Assembly: GCF_018350175.1 (NCBI RefSeq)
Contig: NC_058368.1
Span: forward strand, 66,032,001-66,096,000
Reading direction: 5' to 3'
From: Felis catus
Taxonomy: Eukaryota
DNA length: 64,000 nt
Both the position numbers and the translations under genes were made by a program. Of this stretch, positions 13,521 to 26,622 are shown piece after piece. Position 1 is the first letter of the stretch; each line of letters starts with the position of its first letter. The notes below the pieces were generated by a model. That model had not been told where the DNA came from. It saw only the letters and a list, made by a program, of their open reading frames with translations, and ran no database searches.

Positions 13521-13608
13521 CCCCCCCTTCTGTCTCGCTGTCTCTCTCTGCCCCTCATCTACTCACACTCTGTCTCTCAAAAATAAATAAACATTAAAAA
13601 AAAGTTTA
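13343..13608 (+). mobile_element. CAN-SINE with expanded (CT)n
   Basis: ggggcgcctgggtg head; TSD tgagttgtata on both sides. Confidence 0.94.
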
Positions 13609-13759
13609 AATGAGTTGTATAAATGCTCCTGCATTTGCTTTATATATGGTGAGTGTTCAATCAATGTTGCTGATACCTAAGTGATATTGAAAGCAGACAG
13701 CAGCGGTACTGCCACTTTATCAAGTGAAGTAAAACCTAAGGCAAACTGAGAGATAAAGA

Positions 13760-14485
13760 TCTAGCCACAGTGATGAGTTCTTTCTTTCCTAGCTCTCCCT
13801 TTCCCATCTCAAGTTTAGACTTTGATTTACTCTCTGGCCCTGGTGATTTTTGATGTAGCCACACGAACTTGCTCTGGTCAATCTCTGTGAATAAGTAATG
13901 TGGACAGAAATGTTGAACACCAACACCCTCATTTATAGAGTTTGCTGATTTCTGTGGTGTAAATCAGCGATGATTTTGGGAGTGATTTGCAGTACCATGC
14001 CATTGTATAGCATTTCCATCATTTCCAACAGTAGATGTCAATAAATCCAACAGCACAGATGATAGTAAAACAGACTAATTAATGGGTGATGAGTTTTGAG
14101 CATATATTTTTGTTTTTGATGTCATTTACTTAACCTTAAGTTACATACTTTAATTGTTAACAACTCATTCACCAAATTCCCAGAAAATCAACACTGTCTC
14201 CTGGAAGTTGACACTAGACAACTCTGGCACATTGCTACTTAAGCAGGAGTGAGCCCAGTCCCTCCGAACAAAAGCTTTAAGGAAAAGCCCATGGCTCACA
14301 GGTTTTCACTACTTCCCTCTCCTATCATAGCTAAAATGTTCCAGATAGAAGCTGCTGCATCAGCTCCGGTCCCAGGCTGAGGACAGTACGGGACAGATGG
14401 AGAGCAAGAAATAAATTTTGTTGTTGTCGTAAGTCAAGGAAACTTTGGGTTGGTTTTTACCACTGTGTTACTCTAGCCATCCAGA
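13760..14485 (+). mobile_element. Old MaLR (MLT1-like) LTR, interrupted by a DNA transposon
   Basis: MLT1-like motifs (gatagaagctgctgcatcagc, agagcaagaaataaattttgttgttg...taag, 3' end tagccatcc); boundaries approximate. Confidence 0.55.
13900..14232. mobile_element. hAT (MER63-like) DNA transposon fragment nested in the MaLR LTR
   Basis: tttgctgatttctgtggtgtaaat and aacaactcattcaccaaattcccagaaaatcaaca resemble the recalled MER63 consensus. Confidence 0.5.
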
Positions 14486-14934
14486 GCACACACTCAAACT
14501 GTATAACTTACAAGATTGTGTGAATAAACTTTAATTCCCCTGATAAATGGATTATGTTAGAGATTTCCCACACTCCTGAGTGGAGCATTATCTCCCGAAG
14601 TCTGGAAGAATAAATGGCAGAACCAAAACATGTATAGATTATCGATATATATTAAATGACAAGGCAAAAAATTCAATTTTCTCCCAAATTGCCAATCCAC
14701 TTGATTTTTCCTCATCTGGCAATTCGTCCTGAATTCTAATCTGTACTTGGTTCACAGAAATTTGGGAGTCTACAAAGTAATGACTTCTCCTTTGATGATC
14801 ATTATGTAGACTTTTTAAAATTCCCTGTATCTCTGGGTTTTTTTCCCTTTAATTTCCTGTTTCTTCAATACCTTGTTATGCATCTTTGTCTCTGTGGCTC
14901 CTGCTAACGCTTCCAGGAAGCCCCAAACTAGATG

Positions 14935-15035
14935 TGTAGATAGTAAGTTACGTTAAGTCAGGGATCCTACCCATTTTGCTCACTACGTATTCTCAGTGCT
15001 TGGCAAACAATTGGTGCTCACTCATGTTTGTTAAA
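14935..15035 (+). mobile_element. L2 3'-end fragment
   Basis: cagggatcctacccattttgctcact...cagtgcttggcaaac...ggtgctcactcatgtttgtt. Confidence 0.6.
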
Positions 15036-15877
15036 AAAAAAAACTACTGAAATAAAACACTTTTGAAATCCATTTACTGTCATGTATGTGGCGTTATATT
15101 TCTTCTTCTATATCACACTGAAGGGATTTGTGGATGTGTGTTAGCCTAAACCATAAGTGGCACTGTCGTCTTTCTGCATAAAACCATGGACATGCTTAGC
15201 ACTCATAGCAGGAACTTAATAAATATTTGTTTTATTTGAGCATCCTCTAAACTTCTGGATAGAGCAATGAGATGTTTCCCCATGGATTTAATTGTATTCA
15301 GAGTTGGACAGTTTGGGCTAGGGCTTAGGAATGACAACAAGACTAAGAAAAGGTGTTTTGCTGATGATGGTGTATCATCATAAAATGTGTACAGAATCGG
15401 CCTGGTAGCAACTTAAAAGGGTACATGAATTCAGTATCATAATCACTTTGCATTTACATAGCACTTTGCAGCAAAATGAATTTCCAAGCAATTTGCCAAA
15501 CATTTTTACAAAGGATCACTTGGCTGAGTCCCAAAGAGTGTCTTCTGGGGTGGGACCCTGCAGCTGTTCACAGAGTATACCGAGACGCCAAAGAGCTGGC
15601 TTACTGAGCTGTGCAGGGGAGACATGCTTATGGGAAGCTGCCAGGGACTGGCACAGCTCTTCTCCGAGGATGTCTATCCTCCTCCATTGTGGGGGCTTGT
15701 CTCCCACAGGAAATACTGCTATTTCCAAAAAACAACATGGGAGAAGGGTTTCTAAACATTTTAAACAGGCATATTACCCAGCTTAGGAAGAAAAAATAGG
15801 CAGAGTAATTGATTTCGTACCCAGAGGACAACCCGAGTCATTACAATTCAATCCAGCAAACATTTATTGAACACCTC

Positions 15878-16015
15878 AGGCACATTCCTTAAACTCTCTG
15901 AGCCTCAGTTTCCTTACTTGAAAAGTTTCCCCCCCCCAGAGGTTATTATGAGGATTAAGTGAGTATAAATTAAATTAAATGAAGAATGAGCATAAAGGAT
16001 TTAGCATACAGCATT
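15878..16015 (+). mobile_element. MIR core fragment (preceded by a short L2 tail)
   Basis: cttaaactctctgagcctcagtttcctt...gttattatgaggattaagtgag MIR core. Confidence 0.75.
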
Positions 16016-16515
16016 CCACTCATGCCTTTTACCTGGTGTTATTTTTATTATTATCACTGATACTATATCTTAAATACATCACTATGTGTAATTGGAAAAG
16101 AGTAATTAGGGTTTTTTCTTATAAATAGTATCTTATTTGTATTTTTTATGATTATAAGTAGCTTCCATGATGCCTTAAGATTATTTTTGTAAATTCAAGA
16201 ATTGTTCAAAATCAGTCTTACCAAATCATGTATACTCTCAAATCTTATAAAAACGTGAGCCTTTATTGCTGTTATATGTGGGATTATAGTTATGATCTAA
16301 TGAGCAAGAAGTGTGACTGCATTTAATCAGATCTAGCTAAATGCCATGCCACGCTCTACATTGTTGTACGTTTCAGGGCACGACGAAAACCCTGGAAAAA
16401 TCAAAACAGGACCAAAACAGAATGCTCGATTCAAAAGTAATATACTACATATATGAATGAAAAAAACACATGATTTTATTCAAAAGTATACTTTAGAAAG
16501 TCAAAGTCAATGAAA

Positions 16516-17261
16516 TGTCAAAGAGAAATTGCAGCCCACAGAGTTAAACAGGCATGGGAGATTTTATTTAAGACTTGCAAAAGGGGAGTGAGGCTCTTGC
16601 AGTACTGGAGAGATGTGGAACTCAAGGCCACATAAACAAACGGCAGTAGGGTTTCTAAGCACTGAGGTGGACTGTTGGAAGTACTGGAGGAGGTTGAGGG
16701 GAGGGTTGGTCAATGTGATTAGACCATTTCTTTTTGCTAATTGGTGCTTATTGAGTTGAAGTTAGTCTCCTGCTTTTTTCATAGAGAGTGGGAGATAAGG
16801 ACCCTATCTTTTTTTTTCTTTTTTTAAGTTTATGTATTTATTTTGAGATACAGCGGGCACGTGAATGCGGGAGGGCAGAAAGAGAAAGAATCCCAAGCAT
16901 GCCCAGCACTGTCAACACAGAGCCCACGTGGGACATGAACTCATGAATGGTGAGATCATGACCTGAGCTGAAACCAACAGTCAGAAGCTTAGTGGACTAA
17001 GCCACCCAGACACCCCAGGACCCTACCTTTTTGATGACCACTTTTAAAGGGAGGGCTCAGGTCACTGAAAAGGATATTCCTAGCTTGTAAAACTGGCAAA
17101 AGGCTAAAAAAAGATAGAAATTCCAGAAGGGTAGAGAAAGAATTTATAATCACAAGTTTTCTAAAGTAAATGCTCTAACAAAAGGAAGTTCAGAGAATAA
17201 TATGAAGAAAGCTTTTTAAAAGTTGGTCAAGCTGAGGGGGACATTAAATTCATCTCGGTCA
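16516..17261 (-). mobile_element. Solo ERV1 LTR (MER67/MER31-like), antisense, interrupted by a SINE
   Basis: TG...CA termini; minus strand starts tgaccgagatgaatttaatgtccccctcagcttgacc, contains agagcatttactttagaaaacttg and an AATAAA about 50 nt from its 3' end. Confidence 0.75.
16812..17016 (-). mobile_element. CAN-SINE nested in LTR
   Basis: TSD aggaccctatcttt/aggaccctaccttt. Confidence 0.9.
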
Positions 17262-18068
17262 GTACCCTCCCATAAAACTTGGTCAGCTTTGCTCTCCAGA
17301 ACTGCCTTAATGCAGTGAACAGAGTTCAGAGCATGTTAGCAAAAGGATATTAATTTTTTCTATATGCCTACTGATCATGCAACTGGTGAAAAGAACATGA
17401 TGGATAATTGTATTGGCAGAAGTTACTACTTGGAATATCTCAATATTCACCTAGATTTATCTTAATTTATTCTAGAAATTAATCTATTTTTTTCTTTTGC
17501 CAGAACATTTCCTTATTACAATTGGATTATCAATACATTAGAGAGGCATACTTGGAGTTGTTATAAAGTAAGGTGAATCACAGCATAAAATGCTTAAGAA
17601 TCCTAAGTCCCATTGATGGTTTTTATGAGTTCCATATTTCCCTGTATATTCAGAAGGGGCATAAGTTCTAGTGTCTCAAAATATGTAAAGACATAGCAAA
17701 TCTTAAAATTTTAGCAGAAGTGTTTTGTAATTTTTTTCTAATTAATAGAGATTTGAATGGGGTACGTAGATCTCACAGGCACTTTGTAGAGCTCGACCCT
17801 GAGAGTTAGTTATCTCAATTGAAGCTGAATCTATTTTACTGAAGCCTGGAAAAGGGAAAAGGCCAACTGTAAAGTGCTTTAATTTTTTTCTAAATGGCTT
17901 TGCAAAGTACTCAAGAAAAGTCATTGTCATTGGACATTTGGCATGATTCTGCTGTTGTTTCAGATTCAGACAGATAAATGAACGGTAACACAGTCATCTT
18001 GAAAGAGGGAAAAATTGACAAAGGGGAAGTGAATAATTCACATCTAGCTGTGAATGAAAATAGTCTGA

Positions 18069-18186
18069 AGCCACAGCTAACTAAGCCACACGCTTGTTTT
18101 CCAGTGTTGGCAACCGTGGTCAATAACCAGTCACAGCTAAGAAAGCAGCGTGTGCTTTCTCCAATGTTGGCAATTCCAGTCAATAA
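18069..18186. repeat. Diverged 60-bp-period tandem duplication
   Basis: Two ungapped units, 40/58 identical, with shared blocks cacagctaa, tgttggcaa, gtcaataa. Confidence 0.75.
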
Positions 18187-19735
18187 AGTATAATTGGAAC
18201 CTGCCAAGAAGGTAGTGTGTCAAAGGTGTATTTAAGCAGAAACTCAGATGTTGGACTGTTTGTATAAAAATTGAGCACATAGTCTAATTATAAGTTTCAG
18301 AACTTTAAAAAGTTTGAACATTGTAAATCTGCCATGTGAGTGGCTTGCACTGTTGTAAGATGACAGTCACATCAATAGAGCTCAGTCAGAATACAGGAAG
18401 AAGTGTCAACATTGCAAAGAAGGGCATTACTTTCAGTAAGTAATTAGGGGGAGGGTTGAGAGAAAATAGCCTGTTATTAGTTATAACTAATATCATAGGA
18501 ATAACTACTATAATATAATAGTTAACTGGTATGATTAGTTATCAGTAGTTATCCCCTCTGATGAGAATCAGCACAAGGATTAAACTATCATTCCAGCCTA
18601 TCTCCTTTAAACATACCCAAGTGAAAATCAGGCTTTTTGTGTTAAGTCAATAAACAGAAATGTTATTCTTTGGCTTGTTAGGTGCTCACTCTGCTGTCGT
18701 GGACTATGATACAGGCTACTTAATTCAAACTTTCTTGACACTCAAGAAAAGAATATATGATATTAAAAAAAGAATTGAAACCAGGCACAATCCACTTCAC
18801 TGTTGCTTGAGTAGGTAGAGTATAGAATAAAAGTTAAGTCAGTACTAAAGATCATAGACACTTTGGTAATCATAATTACCCCTTCTTGTGACCAAAGAAA
18901 TTCGGTCCAGTGGCTTCAACAAAATCACTGTGCGTCTTTCTCTGGCAGTTTCGCTTATGAGGCTGAAAAAAAAATGTTAAATTTGTATATCTGAGCTCTG
19001 CCCTGCTCTGGGAATCAAAAGATTTCCCTCGGTAGATGTGTCATTCGAAGAGTACATTTTATTACTAATAGTACAAATCAAGGATACAGACTGATGAATG
19101 GACGAGTTTGTTCAGTTGAATAAATGAAGTAGTGTCTAGGATCACTTTCTTCCACATAACTTAGCAGGCAAAATTGCATTAATCATTCTAGCATTTCCAT
19201 AGAGTAATCTCAAATTTTCCTCCATGTCATTTTGCTGATAGATTGGGCCCTCGTCTGCAGTGAGTGCTGCTTTGGAGAGGAAATTTTTATTTATAGCATA
19301 GATAAATTTAACATGCATTATTATAAAAAGGCCAAAAAAATGTTTGCACATTTTTCTCTTATTTGCATCTCAACTCAAATCAGGTAGTTAGACAAACAAT
19401 CACACGGGACAAGGTCCACTTTGCTGGGTCACAGCCCAGGCAGGCACCACTCCTCTCAAAGCCCTCCTCTCCCACTTCCATTTTTTGTAAAATGACAAAC
19501 AGCCCTTGGAACATAGTGGAACATGAACACATTTCAATTGAACCTGATTCTTCTTTTTTATGTTAAAGAACATAAGCCTTATGATGATCAAATGACTGTT
19601 TTTTTAATACTTTTGTTTTCAGAATTATTTACTGTACTTCCTCCTGGAAAATTTATCAAGTTAGTCAAGTTTTAAATGAAAACTCTATGTATATTTTGAC
19701 TTTTTCCTATGTCACCATTTAAAATACAATAACCA

Positions 19736-19963
19736 GGGGCGCCTGGGTGGCGCAGTCGGTTAAGCGTCCGACTTCAGCCAGGTCACGATCTCGCGGTCCG
19801 TGAGTTCGAGCCCCGCGTCAGGCTCTGGACTGATGGCTCGGAGCCTGGAGCCTGCTTCCGATTCTGTGTCTCCCTCTCTCTCTGCCCCTCCCCCGTTCAT
19901 GCACTGTCTCTCTCTGTCCCAAAAATAAATAAAAACGTGGGAAAAAAATTAAAAAAATAAAAT
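19736..19963 (+). mobile_element. CAN-SINE (SINEC_Fc-like), young
   Basis: CpG-rich intact head; perfect TSD aaaatacaataacca. Confidence 0.96.
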
Positions 19964-20134
19964 AAAATACAATAACCAGGAGAATCAGAATCAAGCTAAG
20001 TTTTCCACAATGCATGGTGACCTATAACCCTTTAAGTCTGAATTAAAAGGTAGAATTGAATCAGGATTTAAGGTGGTGTGAGGAGTGACTTTAGAATTCC
20101 AAGAAGATGAAATTGGTTTTTAAGATTGCTCTCT

Positions 20135-20351
20135 GGGGTGCCTGGGTGACTCAGTGGGTTGAGCAACCGACTTCGGCTCAGGTCATGATCTCACGGTTTG
20201 TGAGTTTGAGCCCCGTGTCAGGATCTGTGTTGACAGCTCGGAGCCTGGAGCCTGCTTCAGATTCTGTGCCTCCCTCTCTCTCTCTGCCCCTCCCCCACTC
20301 ATACTCTGTCTCTGTCTCAGAAATACATAAACATTAAAAAAAATTTTTTTA
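20135..20351 (+). mobile_element. CAN-SINE
   Basis: SINE head, (CT)n, tail; TSD core aagattgct. Confidence 0.93.
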
Positions 20352-20684
20352 AAGATTGCTATATATACTCGGTATATTCTTCACCCCATTTACGTAGTCT
20401 GCAGAATGATCCCAATGAACATCCATTTTACTATGTCACCATGGGCACAACAGTTTACCAAGGCCATTTCAGGCTTTTATGATATTCCATGTTGGGGAGT
20501 TTTGCGATGAACTGCATAAAATAGCAACCCCTCTGACTTTTCTTGTCTTCTTGTCTTCTTGACTCACGGTCTAGTCTAATTATTTGTTCAAGTCGGAAAG
20601 CCTCTGGCCATATGATAAGGTATAGTAGTACAGAGTCACTCACTATGAGTTGGGTCTTTGCAAGATTAGAAACTTGGATGTAGT

Positions 20685-20894
20685 GGGTCACCTAGGCGGC
20701 TCAGTTAAGTGCCCAACTTGGGCTCAGGTCATGATCTCACAGCTCTTGAGTTCAAGCCCCGCGTCGGACTCTGTGCTGACAGCTCAGAGCCTGGAGCCTG
20801 CTTCAGATTCTGTGTCTTGCTCTCTCTCTGCCTCTGTGCCTCTTCCCCGCTCACACTCTGTCTCTCTCAAAAATAAATAAACGTTAAAAAAAGA
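20685..20894 (+). mobile_element. CAN-SINE
   Basis: Perfect 17-bp TSD agaaacttggatgtagt. Confidence 0.94.
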
Positions 20895-21662
20895 AGAAAC
20901 TTGGATGTAGTAATGTTGTATGGATGTATGTACAGAAAATAGATCAGGAGACATGGGCTCTTTCTCATTGTGCAACTAATCAGTCACAAAATATAGACAA
21001 GTGACTTTAGTTCCCAAGACTCAGTCCCCCCCCCCAACCCTACATCCCCCTGATTCTGTACTTTTTGCATCAAGTCTTCGATTCTCAAGTGTTAGCCAAA
21101 ATATGCAGTCACAAAAATAAGCCATTAGGAGATTAGACTGGTTTATTATTTTCCTCTCATCCTGTACTTTCCGGCTTATCTGTGTCTGCCTCTGCTGATG
21201 TCATTTTCTGAGGGAAAACTGCATATCCTCTTAAAATAAACATTTTCTGAGGGCATGATATTTCTGATAAGTGTCTAAATTAGATCAGTTATTTTTTTTA
21301 ATACTCTTCAATACTCTGCTTTAAAAAAAATAAGACATATTGTGCTGAGCACTTTGATTTAGAAATGCAAATGATATTGAAATTCTTCCTCTCCTAAGGG
21401 TAAAAAAAGCTATTAACCACCCACTTGATTATTGGCTCTAGTTAATAGCTACAGTAAATGAACATGACAGATAGCACCAAATTTCAGTGTTCTAACATTT
21501 TTACATAGACAAAGTTGGCACATTAAACCAAAATCCCCAATAAATTAACCCATGTTACTCACATACTCCTCAAAAGCAAAAATGTGTTTCTTTGAGTGTG
21601 TTCTAATCGTGCTGACATTTACGTGAATCAAAACATGGAGATTTATTCTAGGCACCCCCATA

Positions 21663-21820
21663 TTCTAGATGCATGACTTTAGACAAGATATTTGGCCTTT
21701 CTCACTTCAATTTCCAGAGATGAAATAGGGATCTTAAAGGGTAATTTCAAGTTTCAAATGAGGTCATACGTATTGGAGTATTTTGAAAACTGCAAAGTAC
21801 TGTGTAAAGAAATATTACTG
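21663..21820 (+). mobile_element. MIR fragment
   Basis: atgactttagacaag...tcaatttcc...gatgaaataggg...tcaaatgaggtcatacgt...ttttgaaaactgcaaagtactg. Confidence 0.55.
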
Positions 21821-22149
21821 TTTTTGTTTATGTCAGCAATTTGAGTTATTTATTACTCCTATTGGCATGAGAAATTTTCATTCTCATGTCCTCCATCATG
21901 TTTCCATAAATAAAATATCTTCCTTAAATCTGAATTCCCTCTCTTAGTCACTATGCTATTTCTTTGCTGAAGAATCAATTTTTTGAAGGAATAGTCCTCA
22001 AATATTCACTTAAAATTTTCCAAAATGGCTGCCTAAGTCCTAGGTCCAATCGACTCCTTTCTAGTTCCCCAAATCAGCTTTGGACATGTGTGACCACACC
22101 ATCCTTGAAGTTCCTCCTTTGGCTTTCATAATACTGAAACTGTGAACTT

Positions 22150-22300
22150 TATGCATTCATTCATTCAAATACTCACTCATCCAGTAATTCAACAAATATT
22201 TACCTTTTCTGTGGTTAGACACTGTTTCAAGATACAACAAGGGGGGAATCCCTTCCCCCCACAGAGCTTATATTCCATGGAGACAGACAATAAACACAGA
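22150..22300 (-). mobile_element. L2 3'-end fragment
   Basis: cattcattcattca...attcaacaaatatttacc...cagagcttatattcc. Confidence 0.6.
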
Positions 22301-24394
22301 GATATTTACAACAATTGCCTGAGTAGTGCCTTTGTCTACTACCCATGTCGGACACACTGTTGCTACTGACCTCAGAGAGAATTTAGAAGGTAACACAGAG
22401 AGGAATACCGCACACTCCCTGCCTGCAGTCCTTCATTCTGAGTCTTACTGGCCCTTCCTCTGTTTCTACTCCCCTTAAATGGGCATTATGTGATTGGTCT
22501 TGGTGATCCTTTTCTCCCTTCAAGTTTTCTTAGTTTTTTTGTTTTTTTAAATAATTTCCATTGCTACATTAGATCTTTATGACCTGTCAGCATGTTGAAA
22601 TCCTTTATTTGAGAAGCTGGACTGTAACTCAACTGAGAGTATTAATCCCATCTTAATTATGGAGTCCACTCATGATAAACAATGTCCATAACTTGTGCAT
22701 AAGGTTTGTTTTTTTTTTTAACGTTTAAAATGACATTGTTTTTCTCTAAATGTGTATCTAGCTTATATTTGTTAAGGAAAAAGTTTAGATAGTGTAGAGT
22801 TAAAGTAATCTCTCTCAAAAAAAAAAGGAGTGAGAGAGAAAGAAAGAAAAAAATTATCGAAAATATCAGCTCTAGAACAAGAGTGTCTGTTTTTTATTTC
22901 TCTGGGCTCAATTTATGTCTTTGTCAACATACATTCCAAAATGTATGCGTATTTTTCTACCTTCTGGTAAATGATAACAGCACCCAATTCCTTGCATCTC
23001 TGTTCCACTCTCGACACAGAAACACAGCCCACCTCACCTCTCACACACTCACAGCCACACTGCGGCCCTCAGTGACTTTGACCCTGACACTCACACTGTC
23101 CTGCATCTGTCCCTTCAAGGAATGATCAAAACCAGAATTAGAGGTACAGATCCAGTGTGATTGTCTTCCCTGTTTTTGTGTGCTCCTGAAAACAATTTTG
23201 AAAAATCTATTATCTTCACAAACCTTTCTATCTGAAATGTTTATTATAGTTTAAATAATTGCAAAGAGTGTAATTTCTGCTATACTGTAATATTGACAGT
23301 TAAGACAAAACAGGACATTACTCTTCTCAACGTGTTCAGTGAAATAAAAATCTAAGTATCTCCGCAACGTGTAATCCATTAGGGTTCCTTTAAAAAGGCA
23401 TGACCAAGTTCTTCTTCAACAATTGTTTTTCTTTCTCCTGTACTCATATTATCATTCTAACCCCCATAGAAATTTATGCTAATAAAATACATATTTATAC
23501 TTTGAAAAATTTAAGAACAACCTTATCAGTTTAGTGGCAAATGCATATATATAACGTGAAATTAACCTTCTAAAAAGTTTCCATGACTGCAAGACCCTAA
23601 GTGGATTTTCTTCTGGATTGAATTAGCATTACAATTATTATTGGCACTAAATTAATCAAAGCCACACATATATATCTTATATTCTTTGATAATTAAAGTT
23701 TTAAGATAAAGTTTTGTTGCAGATTCTTTCCTTAATAGAATGGTGGGATCCCCGACTCCGCACTGGCTCATAAATCTTTGGATGAATTCCTTCTTATATA
23801 GAGAACAGTTCTGCATCAATTCCACTCCTTTTTATTGTTATGGAGTATGTACTGAGAAACATTATTCAAATAAATGGTTAGCTAGGAATAAAAGGAATGT
23901 TGTTAGTGGAAAGCCACTCAATTCTTTGAACTTCTTCCAAGCTATAGGCCAAAAATAACATAGTAGCTATCTTCAAAACCTATTTTTAATAATCTAGCAG
24001 CTGACAGTTTGACTAAGTCCTCTTTCAATTTTGTTGGAAGCAAAATAATAAAAATGATCTGCTTTGTAAAGGATCATTGTAAAGTACCTGGGCATTAGAA
24101 TAATTTGCTTCTCTACATGGATAATATTTTCAATTGTTCCTAGTATCCCACCCCAATTTCTGGCCCGCCAGTACTTATATTCTTGTGCCATGCATCATAT
24201 TACACTTAGGGATGGGTGAGAAGAATGTCTTTGTGATTCATAGGAAGTAGATGCTGAGAGAGATGCTCTTGCCATTAGGCTCGGTTTTGGCAGGTCTGGT
24301 TTAGGAAGGAATTTGTCTAAAGGCTCAAGATGTGGAAATGTTTTCACATAAAGCTTATCTCTGCTCAGGTATCCCTCAGAAAGGCCTCATGTAG

Positions 24395-24520
24395 GGGGCG
24401 CCTGCGTGGCTCAGTCAGTTAAGTGTTTGACTCTTGATTTCGGTTCAGGTCATGATCTCACTGTTCACGGGAATTAGCCACTCTTTCCCAAAATAAATAA
24501 ATAAACTTAAAAAAAAAAAA
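24395..24520 (+). mobile_element. Internally deleted CAN-SINE
   Basis: Head joined almost directly to the A tail; degenerate TSD agaaaggcctcatgt/agaaggactcatgt. Confidence 0.88.
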
Positions 24521-25498
24521 AGAAGGACTCATGTGCCTTATTTGAGGCCTAGAGGATCAGAGACCAGAAACCATATCTCTGTATGTGGAAAGTGAATGGA
24601 GGCCTGAAGTCGGCCGTTAGTGGGCAGAGAATGAACGTGAGATGTAGGAAGACTGTCCTCAAAGTCTTGCGTGTTCAGCTGATGGAGAAGAGACCATTTT
24701 TCTAGTCTAAGTCTACATGGGATTGACAGCCAAAGTTCAGCACCTGTAACACACCTACACATGACCAAAAGCATGAGTTCGATTGGCATTGCTACTGGAG
24801 TTGTTACATATTTTGATAGAAATTTTAGAAGAAATAAAGCTTTATAGATTGTAGTTCTCTAAATTCACTTTCCCTGTAGCACAGTAAACAGGCAGCATTT
24901 AAGTCATTTAAAATAACTTCATAGCCTGCAAAAACAAGCCAAAATTGAAGGTAAAATAATCTATGTATATTAAAAGAGAAAATGTGTTTTCAGTTAGTCA
25001 AACACATTATGCTAGCATGACTCTTCTGATGAAATCTGGGAGAAAAAAAGTTTAAAAAGTGAATGCCATTGAAAACTTGGAAATCTTAAAACTTTCTTCA
25101 AGAAGGACTTGAAAGATTAATTTAACTTTTCTTCCTAAGTGCGATAAGTGCATTTAATATTCCTCTTTAGATGGAGATTGGCATTAGAAGGGCAGGGGTA
25201 ATGAAAATGCCGACAAAAAAAAAGTTATAAAATCCAGTTTTTACTTACACTAAGGTTTTCTCTAGTAACAATATAGGGTGTCTCCAGAAGCTGAATTGAT
25301 TCTTTCAAGTTGCAAAAGTTTAATATGCGGTCCTAAAAGGTATACTCTATATGCCAACGTTTAATTACCCATAGACTCTACATATGTAGTTTTGGGACTA
25401 ATCCTTTAAGTATTAGCACCTTCCACCGCAATATGGAATGAGCTAATTGATTCTGTTGTGAAATTTTTATGTATTTGTGATAATATGAAAACTATGTA

Positions 25499-25735
25499 GG
25501 GGCGCCTGGGTGGCGCAGTCGGTTAAGTGTCCGACTTCAGCCAGGTCACGATCTCGTGGTCCGTGAGTTCGAGCCCCACGTCAGGCTCTGGGCTGATGGC
25601 TCGGAGCCTGGAGCCTGTTTCCGATTCTGTGTCTCCCTCTCTCTCTGCCCCTCCCCCGTTCATGCTCTGTCTCTCTCTGTCCCAAAAATAAATAAACGTT
25701 GAAAAAAAAATTTTTTTTTAAAAAAATAAAAAAAA
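25499..25735 (+). mobile_element. CAN-SINE (SINEC_Fc-like), young
   Basis: Perfect 17-bp TSD aatatgaaaactatgta; A9-T9-A tail. Confidence 0.96.
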
Positions 25736-26027
25736 AATATGAAAACTATGTAATAACATTAAAGCAAACCAAACTCCTTGGGAACATTCATAAATTATAT
25801 TTTTTAGTTATCTACATGGTTTAGGCTAATGTGAGATATATCCTTTAGAGCTCAGTAAAATTGTACTTAATATGTTAATTTCAGCTTTGACCTAAAATGT
25901 AATCAGTGGTTTTATATAATTCTTTTTAAATGTAGGAATTAATGGTGGATGACATTCCTGGAATTTGCACTGTGAATTGAAATAACATGAATCTATTAGG
26001 AGTTTTCATAAGAAAATTGTATTATGA

Positions 26028-26235
26028 GGGGCGCCTGGGTGGCTCAGTCGGTGGGGCATCCAACTTCAGCTGAGGTCATGATCTCAAAGTCTGTGAGTTT
26101 GAGCCCCACATCAGGCTTTTTGCCGACGGCTCACAGCCTGGCGCTTGCTTCAGATTCTGTCTCCCTCTCTCTCTGCCCCTCCCCTGCTCATGCTTTGTCT
26201 CTCAAAAATAAATAAACATTTAAAAAAAATTTTTA
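26028..26235 (+). mobile_element. CAN-SINE
   Basis: TSD aagaaaattgtattat/aagaaaatggtattat. Confidence 0.94.
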
Positions 26236-26622
26236 AAGAAAATGGTATTATAAGGTGTATATCCCTAACAAGGGCTCAGTGGCTATAATAGAAAGAAATG
26301 AAAGCTTCGTATCCTAACCACCCACATATAGTTTCCCAGATGTTCATAAAATCACCAATTTAGTAATCAATCACATAAAATTATTTGTTGATGAATCAGC
26401 ATGATGTTCAATGAAGCACTGCTTCACTTCTTCAGAATACCTTCCTTTTTACTAATTAATACCTGTTAGAAGGGAGAGACGCATTAGGGCCTTGGAATTG
26501 GGAGGGCTTCTTTAGGGAAAAAAATGTAGGAACGCTAGATGAGACGACTGGGGAAACATACTCACTTTTTTTTACATTTCATCATTCTTATTAATTAATC
26601 ACTGTAAAGTAATACTGCTTAT

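Noticed and set aside
18069..18186. CRISPR-like repeat/spacer reading of the periodic repeat
   Set aside because: Only two diverged units, mammalian intron, no cas genes.
25700..25735. A9-T9-A palindromic SINE tails (also 4865-4885, 38824-38851)
   Set aside because: Shared by several copies, so it is a family trait of feline SINE tails rather than a locus-specific structure.
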